A stretch of DNA of 25,933 nt from a virus (IMGVR_UViG_3300012667_000065:1-25933); one strand, 5' to 3'. Counted from the stretch's first letter, positions 1-11,037 are shown. Notes: generated by a model not told the origin, from the sequence alone. Made by a program: numbers and translations.

Positions 1-3000
1 AACACAACAAGTGCTGAGATTGGTGGCTTGCAAGCTGGTAACACATACTATGCTCAAGCGTATAACAACAACCGTATCCGTGTCTCAAACGCATCGGGTG
101 GTGTTGCTATCAACTTGACCTCTGTTGGTTCTGGAACTGTTCACGAAATCGTTGACCAATCATCTGTTGGTTCTATTGACGGTGTGTATCAATATAACAC
201 TGCAGCGGCAAACACTTCTCAAATGAAGTGGAATACTACAGGTACAATCACTGGACGTAAGATCTCCTTTGACCCAACTCGTTCTATTGACTGTTTCAAC
301 GACTTGTTCACTATCGACAACCATGGTTTCTCGACAGCAACAACTGTGACTTATGTGAATCCGAACGGTGGTAACGACATTCTTCCATTGTCTAATGGAA
401 CACAGTACAAGGTTGTCCGTGTTACAAACAACGCATTCAGCTTGACTGATATGTCTGGCGTTGCCATCATTCTGCAGTCTCCAGGTTCGTCTGTTTCTCC
501 TGCTCTGAACCACCGCTTTGAATCAAGCGCTGTGTCTGGTGAGGTGACTGGCGCTGGTATCATTAACTTGTCTTATACCTCTAAGGAATTCGACTCGTCA
601 TTGACTACTGTTGTTGAGATTGTTAACGACGTAATCACAATTACCACTCACGGCTACTTCACTGCTGGTCCAGGTACTGCTGTTCGTTACGACAACGGTG
701 GCGGCACTTCTATCGGTGGTTTGACAAACGGTCAAATCTACTACATCGGTTATGCTTTGAAGAAGCCAGGACGTACTGACGCTAACGACTTCTCTCTATA
801 CCGTACAGCTAACGGCGCGATCGGTTACAACCGCAACGATATCGTTGACTTGACATCAGTTGGTGCAGGTACTCACAAGTTCTTGACTGGTTCTACCGTT
901 GTCAACTTGTTGGCTAGTGGCGCAACAATCCCAGTATTCAAGGGAACATGGACAGCAGCTGCGGGTTATAACTACGGTGACGTGGTTCAGTTCCGTGGTA
1001 AGACGTTCATTGCTCAGAAGTATGCTGCTTCTCAAGGCGCACCAGTTGCAACAGCAACTACAGATTTGCCTTTGGACTACTCTGCGGGTACATACTTCCA
1101 GAACTATGCGTGGAAGAAACTGCACGTGCCGCTGGGACCTGAGCCTAAGTTCTTGCAGTCGTTCAAGGTTGGTGATGCAATCACCATCTTCCAAGACCAC
1201 GCTGTTCAGAACGTGTCAGCTGCTCCGTTCACATGTAACGCAACTAACATCGATGTCGCAACAAACCGCTTCATCGCTGCGCACCCTAACCATGGTCTGG
1301 TAACTGGCGAAGCAATCACTTGGTACCCAACAAACGCTGCTGTTGCCTCTGTGACAGTTACCGCTGTTGGTGGTGGTTATACTACTCATCCAACTGTTGC
1401 TCTTGCTGCTCCTCCAGAAAACTCTGCTGGTGCAACGGCTACCGCCACAACAAGAACTAAACTACAGTACATCAAGATCATTGATGGTGGAACTGGTTAT
1501 ACCTCTGCTCCTACTTTGACATTCGCTAGTATGGGGGTTGGCGCGACCAACCCTGTTGCTACGGCTATCATTGATGGTGGGCAAGTTGTTGGCTTTACAA
1601 TCAGCAACGAAGGTCTAAACATCATTGCTGCTGGTACTGTCGTCGCTTCAGGCGGTGGTGCTTCTGTTCAAGCTACCCTACAGTGTGTGTTCAAAGTGCA
1701 AGATGTGCTCTTGACTGCTGCTGGCTCAGTATACGAAGAAGAACCAGTGGTTACGTTCTCCCCACCTCAAGAAATTGGTGGCGGAACATATCCAAATGGC
1801 GACCCAATTCCATTGGGTGTGACTGCAACAGGCGTGTCAATCCTTAACACAACTACAGTTGCTGGTGGAGCAACGCTAGGAACAAAGCAAGTATACTACG
1901 CTCGTCCTATCAACGCTGCGCAATTCGAAATTTATGATTCGAAGGCTAACGCTGAGACATCGACTGGTGTTATCGACTTGTTGGCTACTGGTGCTGCCAC
2001 TGGTGTTGTGTGGAAGAGAAACTTCCGTGCTATGAAGTTCGACCCAACAGTGACAACTACACCTGCCGCTACTCAGTACCCAGAAGCTGGTACTGCTGCT
2101 ATGCAGTACGCAACTTATCGTATTCAATTCCCAGGCATCCACTCGATGGCTACTGGCGATGCGGTTATCTACAACCAGAACTTCAACGCTTTGCCTTTGG
2201 AATTCTTGGACTACGATACAGGTACTGCGCTTCCGCTGACCAACTACGCAACATACTATGTTCGTGCTGTTGACACTAAGACTATCACCCTACACAATAC
2301 AGAGGCTGATGCGTTGGCTAACGTGTTGCCTATCCGTATTCAACAGGGTTCTATCGCTGGTGCTCAAACTCACTTCTTGTTGCACAAGATCTTCCAGAAG
2401 CCTTTCCGTACGACAGTTACTGGTATCACTACCAACAACAACATGTTCTTGCGCGAATTGCCTTCTACTCAGTTGATCAACTGCGAATACGCAATCCCAA
2501 CCTCAATCTATATCCGTCCTGACGCATATACATTGCACCGTCCGTTCGATGGTGGCGTTGAAATGACAACTGGCTACCAAGCTAACGCTAAGATCGTTCG
2601 TCAAACTCGTCGTTACTTCCGTTACCAATCTGGTAAGGGTATCCAAACTTCGATTGCTTTGAACTTCAACCCTAACATTGAAATCGACACGTTGACTTCC
2701 GTTGGTACAACTGCTTACGCTGTTACCAAGAAACAACCCCACGGTCTTTCTTCTTCAGTTAACTCGATCAAAGTTACTGGTGTTATGAAAGAGGACGGTA
2801 TCTCTCTTGATCCAAACTACAACGGTACGTTCAACGTGACTGTGACTGGCGATAACACCTTCACATACACAATGCCAACTACACCTGATAGCACTACTGC
2901 TTACGGTTACCCAGTTGGTTCTGTGGCTCAGGGTCAAAACTGGGGCTCAAACGTCAAGGTTGGTATGATGGACGACCAGAACGGTATGTTCTTCAAGTAT

Positions 3001-4141
3001 GACGGTATCAAGTTGTACGCTGTTCGTCGTAGCTCTACCCAACAGATCGCTGGCTCTGTCACTACTGAGAAGGGTTCTTCTAGAATCACTGGCACCAATA
3101 CCTTCTTCTTGAAGCAGTTGGGTCAAGGTCAGACAATTGTTATCCGTGGTCAAACTTACCGTATCACTGAAATCACTAACGACACAGAAATGTTCGTGTC
3201 TCCTGAGTACCGTGGTTCGTCTAAGACTCGCGTTGTTGTTACAACTGTGCAAGACTTCGAAGTTCCTCAAGATAAGTGGAACATCGACAAGTGCGACGGT
3301 AACGGCGTGACTGGCTTCAAGTTGGATATCAACAAGATCCAGATGGCTTACATCGACTACTCATGGTACGGTGCTGGTAAGATTCGCTTCGGCTTCAAGG
3401 ACGACTCTGGTAAGGTTCGCTACGTGCATGAATTCAAACATAACAACTCATTGTTTGAATCATACCCATAACAACTCGTTGTTTGAATCATACCTGCGTT
3501 CTGGTAACTTGCCAGCTCGTTACGAAGTTGAGTGCGGTAACAGTCCAAACTACGTGCCTTCTCTGTTCCACTGGGGCACCTCAGTGATTATGGACGGTCG
3601 CTTCGATGACGATAAGGCTTACTTGTTCACCGTGGGTTCTGACGACTTGTCAATCCCAACAACAAGTGCTCTGCAAAACATTCCTTTGATCTCTTTGCGC
3701 TTGGCTCCATCGGTCGACTCGTCATTGACTGGTCAACTGGGTGATCGCGACGTTATCAACCGTATGCAGATTACACCGAACCAACTGTCTGTTCTGTCTA
3801 CAGTTCAGGCTCAGGTCTTCGTTGTGTTGAACGCTAACTTGACAGCTCCGAACTTCGCTACATTGGGTATCCCTTCTCTTGCTCAAATTATCAAGCACAG
3901 CGGTGTGCCAGTGAGCGATGGTTATACTGGTGGTGTGGTTGTGTTCGAAACCCGTGTACAAGCTAACCAATCAGCAACTATCGACTTGACCAAGTTGTCT
4001 ACTCTTGGTAACTGTATCATGGGTGGCGATGAAGTTTACCCGAACGGTCCGGATACTCTGACTGTTGTGGTGCGTTACCGTACTCTGACTGCCGCAGCTG
4101 GCTTGACAGCTTCCCTAACATGGACTGAATCACAGGCTTAA
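1..4141 (+). CDS. Large repeat-rich virion structural protein (baseplate/fibre-like), 5'-truncated, frameshifted at 3439-3494 by a 28-bp tandem duplication
   Basis: Frame 1 is open from base 1 (NTTSAEIGGLQAGNTYY...). Removing one 28-bp copy joins ORF 28..3471 and ORF 3371..4141 into ...HEFKHNNSLFESYLRSGNLPARYEV... The protein is Thr/Gly/Ala/Val-rich with repeated HG(F/L)xTG..V.Y / L..G..YY modules and GxGY repeats, and lies directly upstream of g13. Confidence 0.75.
3439..3494 (+). repeat. 28-bp tandem duplication with one mismatch
   Basis: cataacaactcAttgtttgaatcatacc (3439-3466) is followed by cataacaactcGttgtttgaatcatacc (3467-3494). Confidence 0.95.
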
Positions 4142-4142
4142 T

Positions 4143-4898
4143 ATGTCTACAAGCAAACCAGCAACAAGAGAGGAGTTCAAGAACTATTGCCTGCGCGATC
4201 TGGGGGCACCAGTTCTTGAGATTAACATCGACGACGATCAGATTGAGGATCGCATCGAAGAGGCGCTCGAATACTATCACGAGTTCCACTTCGATGGTGT
4301 CGAGCGTTTCTACCTGAAGCACCTAATCACTGCCGATGATATCACCAATGGGTACATTCCTATTGCTGATTACATCATCGGTGTGGTTAATATCTTCCCG
4401 TGGAATGGCAACGGTGGGTCGAGTTCCGACTCTCTGTTTAACATTCAGTACCAACTGCGCCTGAATGATATCTGGGACTTGTCCAACACAAGTATGGTGT
4501 ACTACACACAAGCTCGTAGTCACATCTCGATGTTGGACATGCTTCTAAACGGCACTAAGCCAATCAGATTCAACAGACACCAGAACAGATTGCATATAGA
4601 TATGAGTTGGGCTAACAGTGTTGAAGCTGGCAACTACATCATCGTTGAGTGCTATCGTGCGCTTGACCCTGTTACTTGGACTGATGTGTGGAATGATATG
4701 TGGCTGAAGCGTTATGCTACTGCTCTTATCAAGAAGCAATGGGCAACCAACATCAAGAAGTTCTCAGGTATCACACTTCCAGGTGGTGTTACTTTGGATG
4801 GCGATAAGCTATACGACGAAGCCATTGGCGAAATCAAAGAACTCGAAGATCGTGCCCAAGACACCTTCTCACTACCACCTGACTTTATGCTAGGCTAA
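4143..4898 (+). CDS. g13: Neck protein gp13
   Basis: N-terminus PATREEFKNYCLRDLGAPVLEINIDDDQIEDRI and C-terminal KKQWATNIKKF..LPGGVTLDG match the T4 gp13 family. First gene of the neck block. Confidence 0.92.
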   Translation: MSTSKPATREEFKNYCLRDLGAPVLEINIDDDQIEDRIEEALEYYHEFHFDGVERFYLKHLITADDITNGYIPIADYIIGVVNIFPWNGNGGSSSDSLFNIQYQLRLNDIWDLSNTSMVYYTQARSHISMLDMLLNGTKPIRFNRHQNRLHIDMSWANSVEAGNYIIVECYRALDPVTWTDVWNDMWLKRYATALIKKQWATNIKKFSGITLPGGVTLDGDKLYDEAIGEIKELEDRAQDTFSLPPDFMLG

Positions 4899-4899
4899 G

Positions 4900-5640
4900 A
4901 TGGCAACGAATGTTTACTTTTCACAAGGAACAACTACCGAGCAGAACCTAGTACAAGACTTGATCGTTGAATCGTTGAAGATTTACGGTAAGGACATGTA
5001 CTACATTCCTCGTAGTTTGTACGCTAAGGATTCTATCCTTGGCGAAGATCCACTGTCGAGATTTGAACACGCATTCCCACTTGAAATGTACATTGAAGAC
5101 ATCGATGGCTTCCAAGGTCAAGGCGTCTTCCTTCAGAAGTTTGGCATTCAGGTAGAGAAGTCAGCCACGTTCGTTGTGGCTCGTAAGCGTTGGAACCAGA
5201 TGGTTGGCAAGTACAATGTATCGATGCTACCGAACCGTCCGTCCGAAGGCGACCTAATCTACTTCCCGATGACTCGTGGACTGTTTGAAATCAAGTTCGT
5301 CGAGAATCAAGACCCATTCTATGAGATCGGCAACCTGTACATCTACAAGCTGCGTGTCGAATTGTTCAACTATTCTTCTGAGCGTATCGAGACTGGTATC
5401 GCTGAGGTTGATGAGATTGAACATGTCTACTCACTGAACAGCCTGAACTACAAGATTATCAACGAAGATGGCGAGACAGCTATCGTCATGGAATCTTCAA
5501 CAGCTACGTCGTTTGACTATCTGATTGATGAAGACTTGGACGTTGATACAATCGAGCCGTTCGCAAACAACAGAGAGATGGTTGAGAAATCAGATCCGAT
5601 CATCGACTTCACAGAATCTAACCCGTTCGGAGAACTGTAA
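4900..5640 (+). CDS. g14: Neck protein gp14
   Basis: EQNLVQDLIVESLKIYGKDMYYIPR, KFG, RPSEGDLIYFP..LFEIKFVE..PFY and a NPFG terminus; synteny after g13. Confidence 0.92.
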   Translation: MATNVYFSQGTTTEQNLVQDLIVESLKIYGKDMYYIPRSLYAKDSILGEDPLSRFEHAFPLEMYIEDIDGFQGQGVFLQKFGIQVEKSATFVVARKRWNQMVGKYNVSMLPNRPSEGDLIYFPMTRGLFEIKFVENQDPFYEIGNLYIYKLRVELFNYSSERIETGIAEVDEIEHVYSLNSLNYKIINEDGETAIVMESSTATSFDYLIDEDLDVDTIEPFANNREMVEKSDPIIDFTESNPFGEL

Positions 5641-6398
5641 TGTTAAACCACAGTCCATTCTATCACGGGACGATTCGCAAGTGTATCACTGCCTTTGGTC
5701 GAATCTTCAACGATATTGTTATCGAACGAAGGGACGCTGAAGGCAACAAGGTACAGACTATGAAAGTTCCGTTCTCGTACGCTGCCAAAGAAAAGTGGCT
5801 TCAGCGTGTTGAACAAGACACGGATATTGACGGTCAAGCAGTTGGATTCACGTTGCCACGTATCTCTTTTGAGATGACCAACCTTTCATACGATGGTGTC
5901 CGCAAGGTTCAATCAATGAGTCGCCTGTTCAAATACGAGACAGGTCAAACTGAATCGTTGACAAGCACCTTTGCCCCTGTGCCATACAACATCGAGATCT
6001 CTGCGTACGTTATCGCAAAGTCTCAAGAAGACGCTCTCATGATTGTTGAGCAGATTCTTCCATTCTTCACACCACAATACAACGTTCCGATGAAGGCTCT
6101 GCCTGATATGGACCTGATGATTGACGTGCCTGTTATCCTGAACAGCGTCTCAATGCAAGACGACTACGAAGGCGACATGATGACTCGTCGTCAGATTATC
6201 TACACGTTGAACTTCACACTGAAGACCTACCTGTTTGGTCCAGTTGGAACTGCCAATGTTATCACCAAGGTTGATGTGGCTATCAAAGACACTGACGATA
6301 CTTCTAAGGTATACGAAACGTATACCGCTGAGGCTAACTACGTCACATCTACCGCTGACCCATCAGACTACACTGTTATTGAAGGCTGGGACGATTAA
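5640..6398 (+). CDS. g15: Tail sheath stabilizer / tail completion protein gp15
   Basis: FYHGTIRK...FGRIFNDI, LPRISFEM, PVPYNI, IVEQILPFFTP and YTLNFTLKTYLFGP motifs; synteny. Confidence 0.92.
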   Translation: MLNHSPFYHGTIRKCITAFGRIFNDIVIERRDAEGNKVQTMKVPFSYAAKEKWLQRVEQDTDIDGQAVGFTLPRISFEMTNLSYDGVRKVQSMSRLFKYETGQTESLTSTFAPVPYNIEISAYVIAKSQEDALMIVEQILPFFTPQYNVPMKALPDMDLMIDVPVILNSVSMQDDYEGDMMTRRQIIYTLNFTLKTYLFGPVGTANVITKVDVAIKDTDDTSKVYETYTAEANYVTSTADPSDYTVIEGWDD

Positions 6399-6400
6399 GA

Positions 6401-7984
6401 ATGAGCAAGTATTATAATGCGAACCCGCAACTAAAGGCTTCTGGCGTTGCGGTTCCTTTCTCTGAAGAACAAATCTCTGAATACGTCAAGTGTTCACAAG
6501 ACCCAATCTACTTCATCAACAACTACTGTAAAATTGTTACACTTGACCATGGTCTTCAAGACTTCAAGTTGTACGATTGTCAGGTTGAGAAGGTCAAGAT
6601 TATCCACGAGAACCGCAAGGTTATCTTGATGGAGGGTCGTCAGCAAGGTAAGACAACTACCTCTGCTGCATACATCCTCTGGTACACCCTATTCCAAGAC
6701 TCTAAGACCGTTGCGATTCTGGCTAACAAAGCGCCAGCTGCACGTGAAGTATTGTCACGTTATCAGTTGATGTTCGAAAACCTGCCGCCATGGATGCAAC
6801 AGGGTGTCACTACTTGGAACAAGGGCGACATTGAACTAGAGAACGGCTCAAAGGTTTTCACAGCTGCCACATCCAGCTCTGGTATTCGTGGTAAGTCTGT
6901 TAACATGCTGTACGTTGACGAAACAGCTATCATTCCAAACAACATCGCTGAACAGTTCTTCGCTTCTGTTTACCCTACTATTTCTGCGGGTACTACAACC
7001 AAGATTCTGTTGAGCTCAACACCGCTCGGCTACAACCACTTCTGGAAATTCTGGAACGATGCCGAGAACAAGCGCAATGACTTTATCCCGTTGTTCATCC
7101 CATACTGGAAAATCCCAGGTCGTGATGAGAAGTGGGCAGAAGAACAACGTCGTCAGCTGGGCGAACTGAAGTATAACCAAGAAATCTTGTGTAACTTCTT
7201 GGGCTCATCTTTGACGCTCATCGCTTCAGACACAATTGCTCAAATGTCTGCATCGCCATACATCAAACAGGTTGGTGGCATGGACGTTATCGAAGCCCCA
7301 ATCGCAGACCACACTTATGTTATGAGTTGTGACGTAGCGAAGGGCGTCGAAGGCGACTTCTCTGCATTCTCTGTAGTGGACATATCTACAGTACCCTACA
7401 AAATTGTCGCTAAATATAGAGACAATAAGATTAGTCCTATGTTGTATCCATCAGTTATCCACAAAGTGGCAACTGAGTACAACTCGGCATACGTTTTGAT
7501 TGAACTTAACTGTGGCGAACAAGTCGCAGAGATTCTTCACTCAGAATATGAATATGAGAACATCATCTACGTGTCTAGAACGACAGGTGGGCAGGTGGTC
7601 TCTGGTGGATTCGGCGGTGGCAAGACTCAGTTGGGCGTCACAACCGATAAGAAGGTAAAGCGAATTGGGTGTCAAGCATTCAAGTCTTTGGTTGAGGAAA
7701 AGAAACTTCACATCACTGACATGGACACTATCGCCGAGATCTCAACTTTTGTTGAGAAAAAGAACTCCTACATGGCTGACGAAGGTTATCACGATGACCT
7801 AGTTATGACTCTGGTGTTGTTCTCTTGGTTGACAACAAACCCATATTTCAAAGAACTGAACAATGTGAACTTGAGGCAGGTCATGTATGAGAGCCATATG
7901 AAGCGTATCGAAGAGGAGTTGACTCCCTTTGGTGTTATCGTTGATGGGCTGGAAGACGAGCAAGAAGTCTATCATAACTTCTAA
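6401..7984 (+). CDS. g17: Terminase large subunit gp17
   Basis: Walker A GRQQGKTT, Walker B MLYVDE, coupling motif SSTPLG, RNase H-like nuclease DVAKGVEGDFS ... HDDLVM. Confidence 0.96.
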   Translation: MSKYYNANPQLKASGVAVPFSEEQISEYVKCSQDPIYFINNYCKIVTLDHGLQDFKLYDCQVEKVKIIHENRKVILMEGRQQGKTTTSAAYILWYTLFQDSKTVAILANKAPAAREVLSRYQLMFENLPPWMQQGVTTWNKGDIELENGSKVFTAATSSSGIRGKSVNMLYVDETAIIPNNIAEQFFASVYPTISAGTTTKILLSSTPLGYNHFWKFWNDAENKRNDFIPLFIPYWKIPGRDEKWAEEQRRQLGELKYNQEILCNFLGSSLTLIASDTIAQMSASPYIKQVGGMDVIEAPIADHTYVMSCDVAKGVEGDFSAFSVVDISTVPYKIVAKYRDNKISPMLYPSVIHKVATEYNSAYVLIELNCGEQVAEILHSEYEYENIIYVSRTTGGQVVSGGFGGGKTQLGVTTDKKVKRIGCQAFKSLVEEKKLHITDMDTIAEISTFVEKKNSYMADEGYHDDLVMTLVLFSWLTTNPYFKELNNVNLRQVMYESHMKRIEEELTPFGVIVDGLEDEQEVYHNF

Positions 7985-7995
7985 AGCGCCAATTT

Positions 7996-8003
7996 TATAA
8001 ATA
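7996..8003 (+). promoter_or_regulatory. T4-type late promoter TATAAATA for g18
   Basis: Exact TATAAATA in the g17-g18 intergenic gap, followed by an AAGGAGA Shine-Dalgarno before ATG 8061. Confidence 0.85.
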
Positions 8004-8060
8004 AATTATTGAGAAGAACGCCCACTGTAACTGTATAACATAATAGCAAGGAGACAAAAC

Positions 8061-10397
8061 ATGGCATTCCAAGTTTCCCCAGGAGTATTGGTCACCGAAA
8101 AAGACCTGTCACTGGTAATTCCACAGGTGGCTGCATCCGTCGGAGGAACAGCAGGTTTGTTCCGCTGGGGTCCCGCAGAGCAACCTATCACAATCACAAA
8201 CGAAGGCGAATTGGCTACCATCTTTGGTCGTCCAGTAGGCGTAAACGATTTTGTGCTTCGCTCGTTTTTGACAGCAGCGAACTTCCTATCATATTCAAAT
8301 AATATGGTTGTGGTTCGTGCGTTGCCAGCAACAGCTGCAAACTCTAACACCGAAGGTGCATTGACTGGTAACACAATTCCAGTTACAGCATACGATGGTG
8401 CTGTTGCTGCTGAGACTGCAATCCAAATCAAGAACGACGATGACTACGTTAACAACTACATCAACGAGCCATCAGGCATCACTGCTGCATACGCTGCTAA
8501 GTACTCTGGCTCTATTGCCAACGGCTTGACACTGTCTGTTGCTGACGCTGATTCGTTTAGCATCACTGAAGCTGATCCAATCACTTTCGCTGAAGCCGCA
8601 ACTGGCTCGGCATCTGCTGTTGTCAACGTGACAACATCATCAACATCTAGCGCCGATGTAACATTGAGCACTGCTGTTACCAACATCACTCTGGTCGCTG
8701 GCGACTTGTTGTTTGTTGCTAACGCTAACTCAACTCCAACTGGTATCGTATACCTTGGTAAAGTTGCTTCTGTTGCTGGTACAACCGTAACTCTAGATAG
8801 CAACGCATCTGTTACTTTGACAACTGCTACACGTGCATTGTACCGTGTTCGCAAGACAATCACTGGTACTGCTCTGAACACTAAAGTTGTTCCGAACTCT
8901 ACACGTATTCTCGTTGGTTCAAAGGACATCGGTACTGCTGCTTCTGTAACAGCTACCACCATCGTGTTGAACGTTGACGCTGCAACTAACTTGACTACTA
9001 CTGTCTTGGCTGGTGCAAACGAAACTGGCGACATCGAATCAGGTGTTAACTACCGTTGGGAATTCTACGACGAGTTCGTTACAGCTCCAGGCACATCAGA
9101 GTACGCTACTCGCCTTGGTTTGACTAACTTGAAAGACGAACTGCACGTTGTGTTGATCGACTCTGAAGGTAAGTTCACCAACGTTCGTGGTACTGTTCTT
9201 GAGAAGTTCACTGGTCTATCAAAGCTGGCTGACGCTGTTCGTCCAGACGGTGAGACAATTTACTACAAGACAAACATCAACCGTGTTTCTTCATATGTTT
9301 GGGCTGTTCGTCACATCGATGACCTATTGGCTTCTGCATACTTGAACACTTCTTCAGCTGCAAGCTGGGGCGTGTCTGCTGGTACAGGTGGTTTGGGTTC
9401 TAACACTGTCATGAAGACAATGAAAGTTCCTTACGTTCGTACCATGACTCAAGGTTCTGATGGTTTTGACGCATCTACTTCTGCTCACACTGCAGCTGTT
9501 ATCACTGCATTGACTAATGCATATGACCAATTCGCTAATACCGAAAACGTTGATGTGGGTCTATTGTGCACTGGTGAAGTTGAATCAACTGTTGCTAAGT
9601 ACGCTATCCAGAACATTGCTGAAAACCGCAAAGACTGTATCGCATTCGTATCAGCTGTTCAAGACAGTGGCACTGCATTGACAGTGGCAACTAAGTCTAT
9701 CGACGTAGCTAACTTGCTCGAGTACCGTACTAACACTTCTAACGCAGTGAACATCTCTAGCTCATACGGCGTGATGGACTCTGGTTACAAGTACCAATAT
9801 GACAAGTACAACGATCGTTACGTTTACGTTCCATTGAACGGCGACATGGCAGGTCTATGTGCCCGTACTGACTTCGCTGCTGACCCATGGTTCAGTCCAG
9901 GTGGTTTCAACCGTGGTCAAGTTAAGAACGTTGTTAAGTTGGCTTACAACCCAAGCCAAGCTGATCGTGACGCTCTGTACAAGAATGGTATCAACCCAGT
10001 TACTACCTTCCCAGGTCAAGGTACTGTGTTGTTCGGCGACAAGACTATGTTGTCTCGCCCAAGCGCATTCGATCGTATCAACGTTCGTCGCTTGTTCATC
10101 ATCCTTGAGAAGGCAATCGCTACAGCTGCTAAGTTCCAACTGTTCGAGTTGAACGATAACTTCACTCGTGCTCAGTTCCGCAACTTGGTAGAACCGTTCC
10201 TGCGTGATGTTCAAGGTCGTCGTGGTATCACCGATTTCCGTGTGATTTGTGACGAAACAAACAACACCGCAGAAGTCATTGACCGTAACGAGTTTGTTGC
10301 TGACATCTTCATCAAACCTTCTCGTTCAATTAACTTCATCCAGTTGAACTTTGTTGCTGCTCGCAACTCTGTAAACTTCGATGAACTTAATGCCTAA
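8061..10397 (+). CDS. g18: Tail sheath protein gp18
   Basis: SPGVLVTEKDLS, WGP, FLSY, YKYQYDKYND, PWFSPGGFNRG and FDRINVRRLF motifs. Confidence 0.96.
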   Translation: MAFQVSPGVLVTEKDLSLVIPQVAASVGGTAGLFRWGPAEQPITITNEGELATIFGRPVGVNDFVLRSFLTAANFLSYSNNMVVVRALPATAANSNTEGALTGNTIPVTAYDGAVAAETAIQIKNDDDYVNNYINEPSGITAAYAAKYSGSIANGLTLSVADADSFSITEADPITFAEAATGSASAVVNVTTSSTSSADVTLSTAVTNITLVAGDLLFVANANSTPTGIVYLGKVASVAGTTVTLDSNASVTLTTATRALYRVRKTITGTALNTKVVPNSTRILVGSKDIGTAASVTATTIVLNVDAATNLTTTVLAGANETGDIESGVNYRWEFYDEFVTAPGTSEYATRLGLTNLKDELHVVLIDSEGKFTNVRGTVLEKFTGLSKLADAVRPDGETIYYKTNINRVSSYVWAVRHIDDLLASAYLNTSSAASWGVSAGTGGLGSNTVMKTMKVPYVRTMTQGSDGFDASTSAHTAAVITALTNAYDQFANTENVDVGLLCTGEVESTVAKYAIQNIAENRKDCIAFVSAVQDSGTALTVATKSIDVANLLEYRTNTSNAVNISSSYGVMDSGYKYQYDKYNDRYVYVPLNGDMAGLCARTDFAADPWFSPGGFNRGQVKNVVKLAYNPSQADRDALYKNGINPVTTFPGQGTVLFGDKTMLSRPSAFDRINVRRLFIILEKAIATAAKFQLFELNDNFTRAQFRNLVEPFLRDVQGRRGITDFRVICDETNNTAEVIDRNEFVADIFIKPSRSINFIQLNFVAARNSVNFDELNA

Positions 10398-10400
10398 ATA
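10393..10400 (+). promoter_or_regulatory. Late promoter variant CCTAAATA for g19
   Basis: TAAATA core overlaps the g18 stop codon and precedes the GAGGAG SD of g19. Confidence 0.55.
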
Positions 10401-10420
10401 GAGAAAAGAGGAGAAATCAA

Positions 10421-11011
10421 ATGGCAAATATCGACGCATTCAAAGCTAACCTGATCGGTGGTGGTGCTCGTGCTAACCAATTCTTGGTTCAGCTGACATT
10501 CCCATCGTTCTTGCAAAGCGTTGCTGGTATTGCTGCTTATAAAGGTCAATTCTTGTGTAAGGCAGCGCAGCTGCCTGCATCGACTATCGACAAGACAGCA
10601 GTTCAGTATCGCGGTCGTGCTGTGAACTTCGCTGGCGAGCGTACCTTCGCTCCGTGGCGCATTCAAATCATCAACGACACTGACTTCCAACTTCGTAACG
10701 CATTCGAAGCATGGATGAATGGCATCAACAACCACCGTGATAACACTGGTCGTACCAACGCTACTTCATATCAAGTGAACCTTGACGTGTTCCAGTTGGA
10801 TCGTAACGGTGGTATCATCAAAGGTTATCAATTCGTAGACGCATTCCCAGTGGATTGCAGTGCTATTGAATTGAGCTTCGACAACAACAACGAAATTGAA
10901 ACTTTCGATGTGACGTTTGAGTACAACTACTGGACTTCGGCTTCGTCAACTGACAGCCGCATTGCTTCTTACGGCAACGTTGTTCCAAACATCTTGGGCG
11001 CTCTCGCCTAA
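10421..11011 (+). CDS. g19: Tail tube protein gp19
   Basis: GGARANQFLV, FLCKAAQLPAS, AGERTFAPW..INDTDF..RNAFEAW and IETFDVTFEYNYW; follows g18. Confidence 0.94.
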   Translation: MANIDAFKANLIGGGARANQFLVQLTFPSFLQSVAGIAAYKGQFLCKAAQLPASTIDKTAVQYRGRAVNFAGERTFAPWRIQIINDTDFQLRNAFEAWMNGINNHRDNTGRTNATSYQVNLDVFQLDRNGGIIKGYQFVDAFPVDCSAIELSFDNNNEIETFDVTFEYNYWTSASSTDSRIASYGNVVPNILGALA

Positions 11012-11037
11012 GTATTATTATTATTTGAGAAGACAAT

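Noticed and set aside
3371-4141. ORF 3371..4141 as an independent gene
   Set aside because: Its first ~32 codons are out-of-frame sequence. From HNNSLFESY onward it continues the upstream protein across the 28-bp duplication.
6235-6417. 60-aa + strand ORF as a possible g16
   Set aside because: It lies almost wholly within g15 in another frame, is too short, and lacks the coiled-coil character of gp16.
7409-7416. GCTAAATA inside g17 (and GATAAATA at 12294-12301 inside g20) as internal late promoters
   Set aside because: They are imperfect matches explained by coding sequence (VAKY; VINI) and cannot be supported without TSS data.
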